A program made the position numbers and the translations under genes. Shown piece after piece: positions 36,561-44,825 of a stretch of 44,825 bases of DNA (position 1 is its first letter; each line of letters starts with the position of its first letter). Source of the stretch: a virus (lineage: Duplodnaviria > Caudoviricetes); IMG/VR virus record IMGVR_UViG_3300048856_000103, positions 1 to 44,825 of that record; one strand, written 5' to 3'. A model generated the notes under the pieces. It was not told the DNA's origin and made no database searches. It worked only from the letters and a program-made list of their open reading frames with translations.

Positions 36561-38049
36561 TCAGCTCAACGCCCTCGCAGCCGACTCTGGTGCGCATATC
36601 AGCGAGAGCGATGAATCAATTGCGGTCTCAAATTTAGGCTATGCCGAGGCGAATGAGATACTGGAGCTATGCACTGGTCTCGGATGGCCTTGCGCGGTCT
36701 ATGACGAAGCGGACACGCTTACTGAACCAGGACAGATAGTCGAAGAATTTTCGCCCTTTAGGCTCAGCATCAGAAAGCAATTAAATGCTGGCGGAAGCTT
36801 GAGTCTGGTCACAAGCAAAGGTTTCGCTTATTGGCTAGAACGAGGACACCCTGCTCACTGTTGGCGAGTTTTAGGGTTCGGCAGGGAAATTATTACGCAA
36901 TCGCGCATTTTTACCGACTGGTCAGTTTCCACCGTTACAGATCAATTTCCAGAAACTAAATCGCCTCGCGCATTGGTCAAAGAGCCGGGTGCAATGCAAA
37001 CTGTACCGACTGACATTCGGCCTTGGCTGATTACCGGTCCGACTCAGCCCGACTTTGCCAATGATCTACACCGAATGTGGTGTGTGAAAGCTTTCGATGC
37101 GTTAGTGAGAACTCTTGCTAACGAAATAGATGCTCTAAACGGCTCATTGCTTTTCAAGGGCCCACCTAAGCTGGCCCTAACGCTGAGAGATGTCTCTAAT
37201 TGTTCGCCCACTCCGTTGACTGCTACAGTCTTTACAGACGTACAAGCGGCGGCTTTATGGGTTTATGAAAATTTGCGCGAGGCGGAGTTAAAACACAGCC
37301 TGCTCGCATCAGAGGTTGCTCGCTCTGGACGTGCTGATGAGGAGGCTTCGCTTTATCTGGAAACTAATTTATCCACAGCATTAGAAAGTGCGAAAATAAC
37401 CTATCAGATGTCTTTGTCTGAGCTTGGGAAAGATACGCTTAAATCTTTGAGTGATCTTCGCAAAGCGATAACGGAGGAAACTGCAAAAGTCACAGAAGCA
37501 ACTAGGCAGACGATCACCGCCGTATCCGGCGCGCTGGCCGTCTGCTTGGGGCTACTAGCAGCGCGAGTTACGACTGACCTAAACTCTTGGGTCATCGGCG
37601 TAGTAATGGTAGTCGCTATTGTGTACATCAGAGCGATCATTTACTCGGGAGAGTGCTTTATCCAGGTCCAGCGTGGTTTGCGAAGAGATTGGCAGCCAAA
37701 GCTATACCGTTTTCTTCCTGCGGAAGATTATAGGTTAATGGTTACCGATCCTGCGGAACAAACGGAGAAAGTTTTTAAAATCTCCGCTCGAATCGGGACT
37801 GGAGCCGTCTTGGTAATGTGTTTGGTAGTTCTACTATTTAGTATTTTTGGTCAACCAAGGGCTTCAACTCCCGTCTCAACAGCAGTAAAAGAAGCGGTCC
37901 GTCCAAGCATCCCAGATAGTCACGAAATCCCCAATCGCATTTTCGCTCTGCCCCAGCAGAATCGTCCCGCTGGACGCTGGATCTCTCCACTTGCACTACC
38001 CTCTCCCTCTGCAGCAACTCCCCCGGCGGTACAACGTTTCGACCGATGA
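36538..38049 (+). CDS. Hypothetical protein with coiled coil and three C-terminal TM helices
   Basis: Overlaps the upstream gene; hydrophobic segments AVSGALAVCLGLLA, WVIGVVMVVAIVYI and GAVLVMCLVVLLFSIF. Confidence 0.75.
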   Translation: MFLTTLANQLNALAADSGAHISESDESIAVSNLGYAEANEILELCTGLGWPCAVYDEADTLTEPGQIVEEFSPFRLSIRKQLNAGGSLSLVTSKGFAYWLERGHPAHCWRVLGFGREIITQSRIFTDWSVSTVTDQFPETKSPRALVKEPGAMQTVPTDIRPWLITGPTQPDFANDLHRMWCVKAFDALVRTLANEIDALNGSLLFKGPPKLALTLRDVSNCSPTPLTATVFTDVQAAALWVYENLREAELKHSLLASEVARSGRADEEASLYLETNLSTALESAKITYQMSLSELGKDTLKSLSDLRKAITEETAKVTEATRQTITAVSGALAVCLGLLAARVTTDLNSWVIGVVMVVAIVYIRAIIYSGECFIQVQRGLRRDWQPKLYRFLPAEDYRLMVTDPAEQTEKVFKISARIGTGAVLVMCLVVLLFSIFGQPRASTPVSTAVKEAVRPSIPDSHEIPNRIFALPQQNRPAGRWISPLALPSPSAATPPAVQRFDR

Positions 38050-38137
38050 CCTCCCCATGGCCCTGTTCGTGGACCTCATGTGATTGCGAGAGTACTCGCA
38101 TGGCGCTAGCCAGCGAACCCCGATCAACACCGCACTA

Positions 38138-38176
38138 TTAAGCAGTCTTGACAGGTTTATTTAAGTATTCTTTAAT
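38138..38176 (+). promoter_or_regulatory. pL promoter with OL operators
   Basis: TTGACA (38148)-17 bp-TTTAAT (38171), overlapped by TTAAGCAGTCTTGA (38138) and TTAAGTATTCTTTA (38161). Confidence 0.75.
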
Positions 38177-38211
38177 CTCCTCACTCTCCACCACAGAGCT
38201 GAGGCCACACC

Positions 38212-38388
38212 ATGCAAACCACAGCAACCCTGCACGTCCACCCGGCCGCTGCAAGCCCGTTCCAGATCTTCGAGGCGCGCCGCCTGGCGCGTGAGTCAGG
38301 CTGCGCCTTCGTGCCTTCCAAGCCTACCCTGGCAGCGCGAATCCGCACCTTTCCCACCACCCCGGGCGGCGGAGGGCGTGCAGCATGA
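38212..38388 (+). CDS. Small early-left protein (58 aa)
   Basis: MQTTATLHVHPAAA...PGGGGRAA*; GAGG RBS; ATGA overlap with the next gene; not in the ORF track. Confidence 0.65.
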   Translation: MQTTATLHVHPAAASPFQIFEARRLARESGCAFVPSKPTLAARIRTFPTTPGGGGRAA

Positions 38389-38972
38389 ACCTGTTCAAAA
38401 TCGACAACCGCACCCTTCGCTTGCTCGGCGCTCAGGTCAACCTGAGCGAGACGTTCAATCATCTGCTGCGCTCAACTCCACGGCGCCACGTGCTGCCCTT
38501 CCGTCTACATGTCGATCGAGCGCCCGCCAGGACCACTTTCACTGTTGAGATTGGTTGCGAAAGGCACTCGGTCGTCCTGCAGAATGACAAGAAGACGCAC
38601 CTCAAGCTCGCGGATTTCATCGAAGAGATCGCGAATGGACCGGCCTTGGTCTCAGCTCCTTTGAAGCTGCAGGTCCGACACGCCAGCCGCCAGTTCGGGT
38701 GCTTCACCTCCGAACAGCTTCAGCAGGTGTTTGAGCTCGTCTGCACGGGCGGAACGCTCACGTTGGAAGCGGGCTTCGACCTGCCGATCCACCTTGCTAT
38801 CCACCGCAACGGCCTGCGCTCCGCGATCACGGTGATCGTCAGCATCGGCGTTAAGCAACCGCGGACTCAATGCTTCACCGCGCGCGGCGGTGCGGTCGAG
38901 CTGTACGAAAAGGTTGCCAACGCCCTCCTCCGAATCGCAGACGCCGCTACCCCTGCGGCGCACGCGGCTTGA
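38385..38972 (+). CDS. Hypothetical phage protein
   Basis: Coupled ORF in the pL operon. Confidence 0.75.
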   Translation: MNLFKIDNRTLRLLGAQVNLSETFNHLLRSTPRRHVLPFRLHVDRAPARTTFTVEIGCERHSVVLQNDKKTHLKLADFIEEIANGPALVSAPLKLQVRHASRQFGCFTSEQLQQVFELVCTGGTLTLEAGFDLPIHLAIHRNGLRSAITVIVSIGVKQPRTQCFTARGGAVELYEKVANALLRIADAATPAAHAA

Positions 38973-38982
38973 GGAGGGCAGC

Positions 38983-39267
38983 ATGGAACGCAGCCTGAAA
39001 CTCACCGCCGAGTACTTCAGCATCACACGGCCCAAGCTCATTAAGTTGATGCGCGTCCAGGGCCTGCTGAACGAGCTCAACCTTCCGGCCTACCCCAACC
39101 GCGACCGCGAATACCTGCGCGTCAAAGACAGCAGTTGGTATCACCACGAACTGGGCATGCAGTACAGCCAGTCCACCAGGGTGAAACAAGCCGGGATCCC
39201 GTGGCTCGCTGAACAACTCGACCTCGCACTCCCCGCCACCCCGGCTGACCGCCGTGACGTGGCCTAG
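38983..39267 (+). CDS. KilAC-domain (antirepressor-type) DNA-binding protein
   Basis: A..F...R..L...MR..GLL, T.VKQAGI.WL; GGAGG RBS. Confidence 0.65.
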   Translation: MERSLKLTAEYFSITRPKLIKLMRVQGLLNELNLPAYPNRDREYLRVKDSSWYHHELGMQYSQSTRVKQAGIPWLAEQLDLALPATPADRRDVA

Positions 39268-39418
39268 GGAATACGCTCGCCAGATCATCGCCATGAGGAC
39301 CAAAGAGGAGCGCAACAGCGCGCTCCTTGAGATCCCCGAACACCTGCGCGAGCTGACGAAAAAACACTGCCTGATTGCGTGGGGTCATCCCAAACGCAGG
39401 CGCAGCAAGGAAGGCTAA
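39254..39418 (+). CDS. Small hypothetical phage protein (54 aa)
   Basis: GTG start, WPREYARQI...EERNSAL.EIPEHLR; fills the operon gap. Confidence 0.6.
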   Translation: MTWPREYARQIIAMRTKEERNSALLEIPEHLRELTKKHCLIAWGHPKRRRSKEG

Positions 39419-39424
39419 CTGACG

Positions 39425-39751
39425 ATGAACAACTCGAATCAGCCCCCGCTCCGGCTCATCCCTGCGCCGGAAACCGTCACCGTTGAATTGCTCTACCGCA
39501 CCTTCGGCGACGTGCTTATCCCCTTGGAAAAGCTGCGCGCACAGTACTTCCGCAATCTCAACGACCGGTCCTTTCAAGCCGAGATCGAGAGCGGCCGCAT
39601 CCAGTTGCCGGTCACAACCCTGGACACCAGCCGCAAGGCGCCGAAGTTCGTACACATCCGCCACATCGCGGCCTTGATCGACATCCGCGCCTACAAGGCC
39701 GACGAAGAGATGGCCGCCGGAGCATCCGACTCGACCGAATCCACCCAATAA
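39425..39751 (+). CDS. PrtN-family (pyocin activator-like) DNA-binding protein
   Basis: LLYRTFG.VLIPLE.L...YF, I.LP...LD.SRKA...VHI.H.AA.ID. Confidence 0.85.
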   Translation: MNNSNQPPLRLIPAPETVTVELLYRTFGDVLIPLEKLRAQYFRNLNDRSFQAEIESGRIQLPVTTLDTSRKAPKFVHIRHIAALIDIRAYKADEEMAAGASDSTESTQ

Positions 39752-39793
39752 CAAAACCGCCGCCACCACCGGCTCACCATGCGAGAAAGCACT

Positions 39794-40210
39794 ATGACCA
39801 CCATGCAAACATTCGCCCTCATCAGCCTGATCGTGATGGCTGCATTCCTCATCTACCTCGGCTACCGCTTCGGCAACAGGGACGGCCGGAATTACGGCAT
39901 GGAGCTGGGCATGAAGCTCGGACGAAGCGGTCTTGAACCTACGGTGAGGCAACTGCAGGAGAAACTAGATCTCGCTCGCCGCGATTACCTTCGTCTTGAT
40001 CGTCAGTATCACTGCGCCCGCGCCAACGCCACGCTTGGCGGGGCCGAGCGCCAGACGCTGCTGCAGATCGCCAGCAAGCTAAAGGTAGCGTCGGCAACCT
40101 TCGGGGCAATCAACGCCAAGGCACACACCGAGCAGACGATGCAGCTCCGCGAGAAGGCCTTGGCCCTCGCTGAACTCATCGAGCCAGGTGTTCAGGAGCG
40201 TGCCGCATGA
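39794..40210 (+). CDS. Hypothetical protein with N-terminal TM and coiled coil
   Basis: Hydrophobic N-terminus, GY..G..DG. Confidence 0.72.
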   Translation: MTTMQTFALISLIVMAAFLIYLGYRFGNRDGRNYGMELGMKLGRSGLEPTVRQLQEKLDLARRDYLRLDRQYHCARANATLGGAERQTLLQIASKLKVASATFGAINAKAHTEQTMQLREKALALAELIEPGVQERAA

Positions 40211-41283
40211 CGCAGATCCTGACCTTCCTCGGCAAGACCATCGACCTGCGCGCACCAGACGCCCAGCAGATTGACCCTCGCGACATCGCCCATGCCCTCG
40301 GCCAGATCTGCCGCTTTGGCGGGCACACGAACAAGTTCTACAGCGTTGCGCAACACAGCTGCATCGTCGCGGATCTGGTGCCCGAGGAGCACAAGCTCGC
40401 CGCCCTCTTGCATGACGCGACCGAGGCGTATTGCGGCGACGTCGTCCAGCCACTGAAACAGGTGCTCCCGGCCTACCGAGACATCGAGCAACGCCTCTGG
40501 ATGAGCATTTGCGAGCGCTTCTGGATCGCCCCTCTATTGCCGGAGTGCGTCCTGCAGGCGGACATGATTGCGCTGGCCACCGAGCGACGTGACCTGATGC
40601 AGCCGACGTTCGACACGTGGGTTTGCCTGGACGGCGTCGCGCCGATGACGAAAACCATTCGGCCTTGGGGCGTACAAGAGGCCCGTGACAACTACTTCCA
40701 GCGCCTGATGGACCAACTCGCCATTGAGCATCGGAGGAAAGCGGGCGCGGTAGTGGCGCAGGCTGCACACGATAAGTCGCCCGCTTTGCTGCGCAACGTA
40801 CTCAGTGTCGCCGCGCAGAAAACAAAGAGCCTCTGCTGCGCAGCAGCAGGCATTACTGAAGAGGTCAGCGCCACTGCCGAGGCGCGTATACCCCACAAAA
40901 AGCTGCGCCGGGCAGCGACATCAGAGGACACGCTTACCGCTCGGGTTTGCCCGCCCGCGCAGCTTGCTCAGGGGTATAAACCCCTGCCGAAGACAGCCGA
41001 AGGGTGGGCTCTGATCTCTCCCAGGCATGTAGGCGAGTACGCCACCGCGCCCGAGGTGACGATGCTGATCGAGCACGCCAAGTGCCTGATCAGGATGTAT
41101 CACCACGCGGTGCGGGACCTCGCGAGCATGCTTTCATCGAACAATTGCACAACGGGCTCACCGAGCCATTTCCATCAGACGCCCGGCCGGTGGGAGTTGG
41201 ATGGTTCAGTGTGTATGGAATGCGCCACCTATGACGTGATCCGCGAGCTGGCCTCTGGCAAGAAGGAGTCCGGCTATGCATAA
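40207..41283 (+). CDS. HD-domain phosphohydrolase (YfbR-like) with long C-terminal fusion
   Basis: DIAHAL..ICRF.GH, YSVAQHS, LLHDATEAY.GD, ADMIALATE. Confidence 0.85.
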   Translation: MTQILTFLGKTIDLRAPDAQQIDPRDIAHALGQICRFGGHTNKFYSVAQHSCIVADLVPEEHKLAALLHDATEAYCGDVVQPLKQVLPAYRDIEQRLWMSICERFWIAPLLPECVLQADMIALATERRDLMQPTFDTWVCLDGVAPMTKTIRPWGVQEARDNYFQRLMDQLAIEHRRKAGAVVAQAAHDKSPALLRNVLSVAAQKTKSLCCAAAGITEEVSATAEARIPHKKLRRAATSEDTLTARVCPPAQLAQGYKPLPKTAEGWALISPRHVGEYATAPEVTMLIEHAKCLIRMYHHAVRDLASMLSSNNCTTGSPSHFHQTPGRWELDGSVCMECATYDVIRELASGKKESGYA

Positions 41284-42952
41284 GCGCATCCTCAAGCACT
41301 TCCACATGTGCTGCGGCCTCGGCGGCGGGGCCAAAGGTTTCAATAAGGCCAAGCCTGTAGTCGGCAACATCCAGGGCGAGTGGGTGTGCATCGGCGGCGT
41401 CGACGTCGACCCCGCTGGGCTACGCGACTTTGAACGACTCGCCGGCGTGCCAGGGACCTTGCTCGATCTGTTCACCCGCGATCAATACATCCGTTTCCAC
41501 GACAAGGAGCCGCCGGAGGGCTGGCGAGAAGCGACGGCCGAAGACATCCGCCGCGCAGCTGGATACCAGCGGCCCGACGCCGTGTTCATCTCCAGCCCTT
41601 GCAAGGGCGCGTCAGGCTTGCTGTCCGAAACCATGAGCCAGACGCCGAAGTACCAGGCGCTGAACGAGCTGACGCTGCGCTGCATGTGGCTCATGTGTGA
41701 GGCGTGGCCGGATGATCCCGTGCCCCTGATCGTCTTCGAGAACGTGCCGCGTCTGGCAACCCGGGGACGCCATCTGCTCGACCAGATCAACAAGCTGTTG
41801 AACCACTATGGCTACGCCGTTGCCGAGACTACCCATGATTGCGGCGTTATCGGCGGACTGGCGCAAAGCCGCAAGCGCTTCCTGCTTGTGGCACGGCACG
41901 CCGAGCAAGTCCCGCCGTTCCTTTACGAGCCAGAACACAAGTCACTGAAACCCGTGGGTTCGATACTTGGCCGCATGCCCATCGCCGGCGACGTCGGGGC
42001 AGCGGGCCCCATGCACCGCATCCCAGCCCTGCAGAGGAAAACGTGGGTAAGGCTCGCGCTGGTCGAAGCCGGCAAGGACTGGCGATGCCTCAACGACTTG
42101 TCGATCGAGGATGGCTACCTGAGAGATCTAGTCATCGTGCCGCAAGCGTACGCAGGTTACCTGGGCGTGAACCAGTGGAGCGCTTCGATGGGCACCGTCG
42201 CTGGCCGGTCCAGCCCTACCAACGGCGCGTTCTCGGTGGCCGATCCACGCGGCAAGTCCGGAGCTCTGCAGTACCAGCAGTACGGCGTTCGCCGCTGGAA
42301 CGAATCCAGCGGCGCAATCATCGGCGTGAAGTCGCCGGGCCAGGGCACGTTCAGCATCGCTGATCCGCGCGATCCCGGCATCGGCCACGCCAAGTACAAC
42401 GTCGCCAAGTGGGATAAAACATCGCGCACCGTCATATCCGGCAGCACCACCGGCCAAGGCGCCTTTGCCGTACAGGATCCGCGTCCTGGCATGAAGCGCG
42501 GCAAGGGCGATGCCTACCTGAGCGGCGGCCATTACGGCGTAGTCGACTGGAATGACCCATGCGGCGCCGTGTCCGCCAGCGCACGCCAGGACAACGGCCG
42601 TTGGTCAGTGGCAGATCCGCGCATGCCGGCCGCGAATGAGCGTCTGACCTGCGTGATCGAGAGCCTCGACGGCACTTGGCACCGCCCGTTCACCACATTC
42701 GAGATGGCCGCGCTGCAGAGTCTGGTTGAGCCGGAAGAATGGCTGGAGCTGGACGGGCTGAGCGACCAAGCGTGGCGCGAGCGCATCGGCAATGCAGTCC
42801 CGCCGGCTGCGGCCGAGGCAATCGCCCTGACCATGGGAACCACCCTACTCCTCGCCGGCATTGGCGAGACTTTCATGCTCAACAATCTGCCGGTGTGGGT
42901 GCGGCCTATTGCTGTTGGGTTGAGCGTGGCGCGGATGGGAGATGCAGCATGA
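41276..42952 (+). CDS. C5 DNA cytosine methyltransferase
   Basis: CGLGGG, catalytic SPCKG, FENVP, QSRKRF, IGNAVPP. Confidence 0.9.
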   Translation: MHKRILKHFHMCCGLGGGAKGFNKAKPVVGNIQGEWVCIGGVDVDPAGLRDFERLAGVPGTLLDLFTRDQYIRFHDKEPPEGWREATAEDIRRAAGYQRPDAVFISSPCKGASGLLSETMSQTPKYQALNELTLRCMWLMCEAWPDDPVPLIVFENVPRLATRGRHLLDQINKLLNHYGYAVAETTHDCGVIGGLAQSRKRFLLVARHAEQVPPFLYEPEHKSLKPVGSILGRMPIAGDVGAAGPMHRIPALQRKTWVRLALVEAGKDWRCLNDLSIEDGYLRDLVIVPQAYAGYLGVNQWSASMGTVAGRSSPTNGAFSVADPRGKSGALQYQQYGVRRWNESSGAIIGVKSPGQGTFSIADPRDPGIGHAKYNVAKWDKTSRTVISGSTTGQGAFAVQDPRPGMKRGKGDAYLSGGHYGVVDWNDPCGAVSASARQDNGRWSVADPRMPAANERLTCVIESLDGTWHRPFTTFEMAALQSLVEPEEWLELDGLSDQAWRERIGNAVPPAAAEAIALTMGTTLLLAGIGETFMLNNLPVWVRPIAVGLSVARMGDAA

Positions 42953-43215
42953 TATTTGATGCGAAAACCGACACCCTCCCCGAGGCGGTGATCAACGGCG
43001 TTGTTTACGAAGGCTTCACCTGTAGCACCCGTGACGGGAATCGCTTGCGCCTGGCGCTGGTAGACGAGAACGGGAATGTTGTCGCGGCCGGTGCCGAGGT
43101 TGAACGGGAGGCATGGAGCGTCTGCATCCAGGTGCAGCATAACTTCTGGATCGGCCAGGGGCATCTGCGCGTACTGAGTAAACCGGTGCCTTTTGCAACG
43201 GAGGACGCCGCTTAA
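42949..43215 (+). CDS. Small hypothetical protein
   Basis: ATGA overlap with the MTase; stop overlaps the recombinase stop. Confidence 0.6.
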   Translation: MIFDAKTDTLPEAVINGVVYEGFTCSTRDGNRLRLALVDENGNVVAAGAEVEREAWSVCIQVQHNFWIGQGHLRVLSKPVPFATEDAA

Positions 43216-44825
43216 GCACCTACGCCCGCCTGCCACTCCCCGGTTGTGCGATTGATCCTTAGCAGCCGGGGTTGGGCACCCTTCCCCACCAGCAGCACGT
43301 CGATGAATTTCCCCTTTCTGTCAGGATCCTGCATCCCTCGGTGATAGATCACGATCCGCTCGAACGTTTCTGAGACCAATTGGCGGGCCTTCATCCGAGC
43401 GCCGTAGTCCAACGCATTGACGCCCTCAACGAGATCCGCCCAGGCTTCAGAAAGCGCCGGCTGACCCCGGTGCGACACGGCCACCAACTCTCTCTCGGCC
43501 TGACCGACCTCCTTCTGCTTCACGGCAAGCTGCGCCTCCAGCTCACGCGCCTTGCGCACGAACACCAGGGGGGCGGCGCCGCTCTCATCTGCCATGAGCG
43601 CCTCGCTCACCCGCTCGATCTGCTGCTCGAGCACGCCGACATCAGCCTTCGCTTTCGCCAACCGCTCGCGAATGGCCTGATTCTGGTCACGTTCCTCCAG
43701 CAGACTGGTGAGGTTCATCTGGTCAGTGCAGTAGGCCATGATCGCTTTCTCGATCGGCACCACGCTGCAGCTTCCACCAACCGGGCAACCTTTGTTGTGC
43801 GAATACCCAACGCAGATCACGCGCCGGTGCCCGTCCGTGATCGAACCGTCGGCCTTGGCACGCTGCATTGAGTTCTGACCAATCATCGCGGTACCGCAAT
43901 AGCCGCAGTACGAGATGTTCAAGCCTGTGAATACACCAGGTATCGCCCCTTTGCCTTTGCGGCGAACGCGACTGTCCACCAGCTGCTGCAGCTCGGCATG
44001 CTGTAGCGGATCGATCAGCGGCGGGTAGTAGCCTTCCATTCTGTAGGTCTCACCGTCGACCTCCAGCTCCTTGGCACCGAGCAACGCAGGCAATCGAACC
44101 AGTCGGTGTACCTGCAGGGACGTGATGCCTTTATCAGTTAGCGCATAGCCCTTTTCACTCAACTCCCGGACGATCCTGACCGAGCCATAACCGCGCATGA
44201 ACAACTCGATCACCGCCCGGGCCGCCGCTACCCTCTCAGGGATCATGTGCCACTGGTTGCCGTCCCACCGGAGCCAAGCGGGGTCTTTACCGTTCCTGAT
44301 CAGGCCTCGGTAGGTCCCGGCGATCCAGTTTTCGCACTGCCGGCGGATCGCGGCTTTCACTCGCTTGGATTTGGTGTCCGACTCTTCATGGGCGCGGATC
44401 ATGACCAAGAGCGAGTACACCAGGTCCATCGGCTGAGCTTTCAAACCCGCACGGTTGTACTCCCGGCCGTCGCTGGCGGTGACGACTGTTATGCCGGCGT
44501 TGATGATTTGGGCGAGTTGGGCTTGAGCTTGAATGGGTTCGGCGCGGCTTAGGCGGTCGAGGCCTTCGACAACCAGGACTGAACCGGGGGAGATCCGGCC
44601 ATCTTCTATCGCGCGAAGGAAAACTCCGAGAGCGCCTTGGGTAACGTGGCGTTGGTGATAGGCGGATAGGCCCTCGTCGCGCAACGAGAGGGACTCATCG
44701 AGTGTCAACCCGGTTTCAGCAGCCCAGCGTTGAGCATATTCATGCTGGCGAACAGCACTACTGCCGGAGGATTGCTTGGGATCGGAAAATCGCAGATAAC
44801 TGTAAACTCTTGCATCATTCCTCAA
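43212..44825 (-). CDS. Large serine recombinase (prophage integrase)
   Basis: YSYLRFS (catalytic Ser), DRLSR, zinc ribbon CGYCG...C, coiled coil; start lies at the window edge. Confidence 0.93.
   Translation of the reverse strand: MRNDARVYSYLRFSDPKQSSGSSAVRQHEYAQRWAAETGLTLDESLSLRDEGLSAYHQRHVTQGALGVFLRAIEDGRISPGSVLVVEGLDRLSRAEPIQAQAQLAQIINAGITVVTASDGREYNRAGLKAQPMDLVYSLLVMIRAHEESDTKSKRVKAAIRRQCENWIAGTYRGLIRNGKDPAWLRWDGNQWHMIPERVAAARAVIELFMRGYGSVRIVRELSEKGYALTDKGITSLQVHRLVRLPALLGAKELEVDGETYRMEGYYPPLIDPLQHAELQQLVDSRVRRKGKGAIPGVFTGLNISYCGYCGTAMIGQNSMQRAKADGSITDGHRRVICVGYSHNKGCPVGGSCSVVPIEKAIMAYCTDQMNLTSLLEERDQNQAIRERLAKAKADVGVLEQQIERVSEALMADESGAAPLVFVRKARELEAQLAVKQKEVGQAERELVAVSHRGQPALSEAWADLVEGVNALDYGARMKARQLVSETFERIVIYHRGMQDPDRKGKFIDVLLVGKGAQPRLLRINRTTGEWQAGVGA

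Larger units (their letters stand above)
1..44825. mobile_element. Temperate prophage with lambda-like head and P2-like contractile tail; core about 5064-44825, cargo at 1-4700 probably but not certainly inside it
   Basis: Complete ordered set of integrase, immunity, replication, packaging, head, tail and lysis genes; att sites not identified in the window. Confidence 0.93.

Noticed and set aside
39764-39769. Additional CACCAC hexamers (also at 29485) as sRNA targets
   Set aside because: A 6-mer is expected many times by chance; only the 13-nt pL match was kept
1-44825. CRISPR array, tRNA, rRNA, reverse transcriptase (retron/DGR) or IS transposase
   Set aside because: No repeat-spacer array, cloverleaf, YxDD RT or DDE ORF seen in the window
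43212-44825. attL/attR sites
   Set aside because: The window ends at the recombinase start, and serine-integrase cores are too short to call without flanking sequence

Overview
Almost the whole window is one apparently intact temperate prophage of Pseudomonas type, read mostly on the minus strand. From right to left it contains: a large serine recombinase (right edge); a + strand early-left operon (C5 methyltransferase, HD hydrolase, PrtN-like and KilAC proteins); a lambdoid immunity switch (cI/cro/cII with TTAAG-N4-CTTAA operators); a Toprim-VapE primase/helicase with a candidate origin; a Q/PA0613-like regulator; a holin; a lambda-like head (terminase, portal, ClpP, D, E); a P2-like contractile tail; a lysin and Rz/Rz1; a Dam-like methyltransferase and an antirepressor. 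The left end is low-GC cargo around a broken umuC: a Septu-like PtuAB pair and a lone P-loop ATPase. The most interesting observations are: (1) a YejK/NdpA-like plus membrane-protein pair at the exact rexAB position, a candidate new phage-exclusion system; (2) a multi-hairpin + strand RNA between cII and cro with repeated GUGGUG loops, one of them exactly complementary (13 nt) to the 5' end of the pL transcript; (3) a CI that seems to have lost autocleavage; (4) a +1, not -1, tail-chaperone frameshift at TTT-CGT. Family assignments come from motif recognition and gene order; no database search was run.
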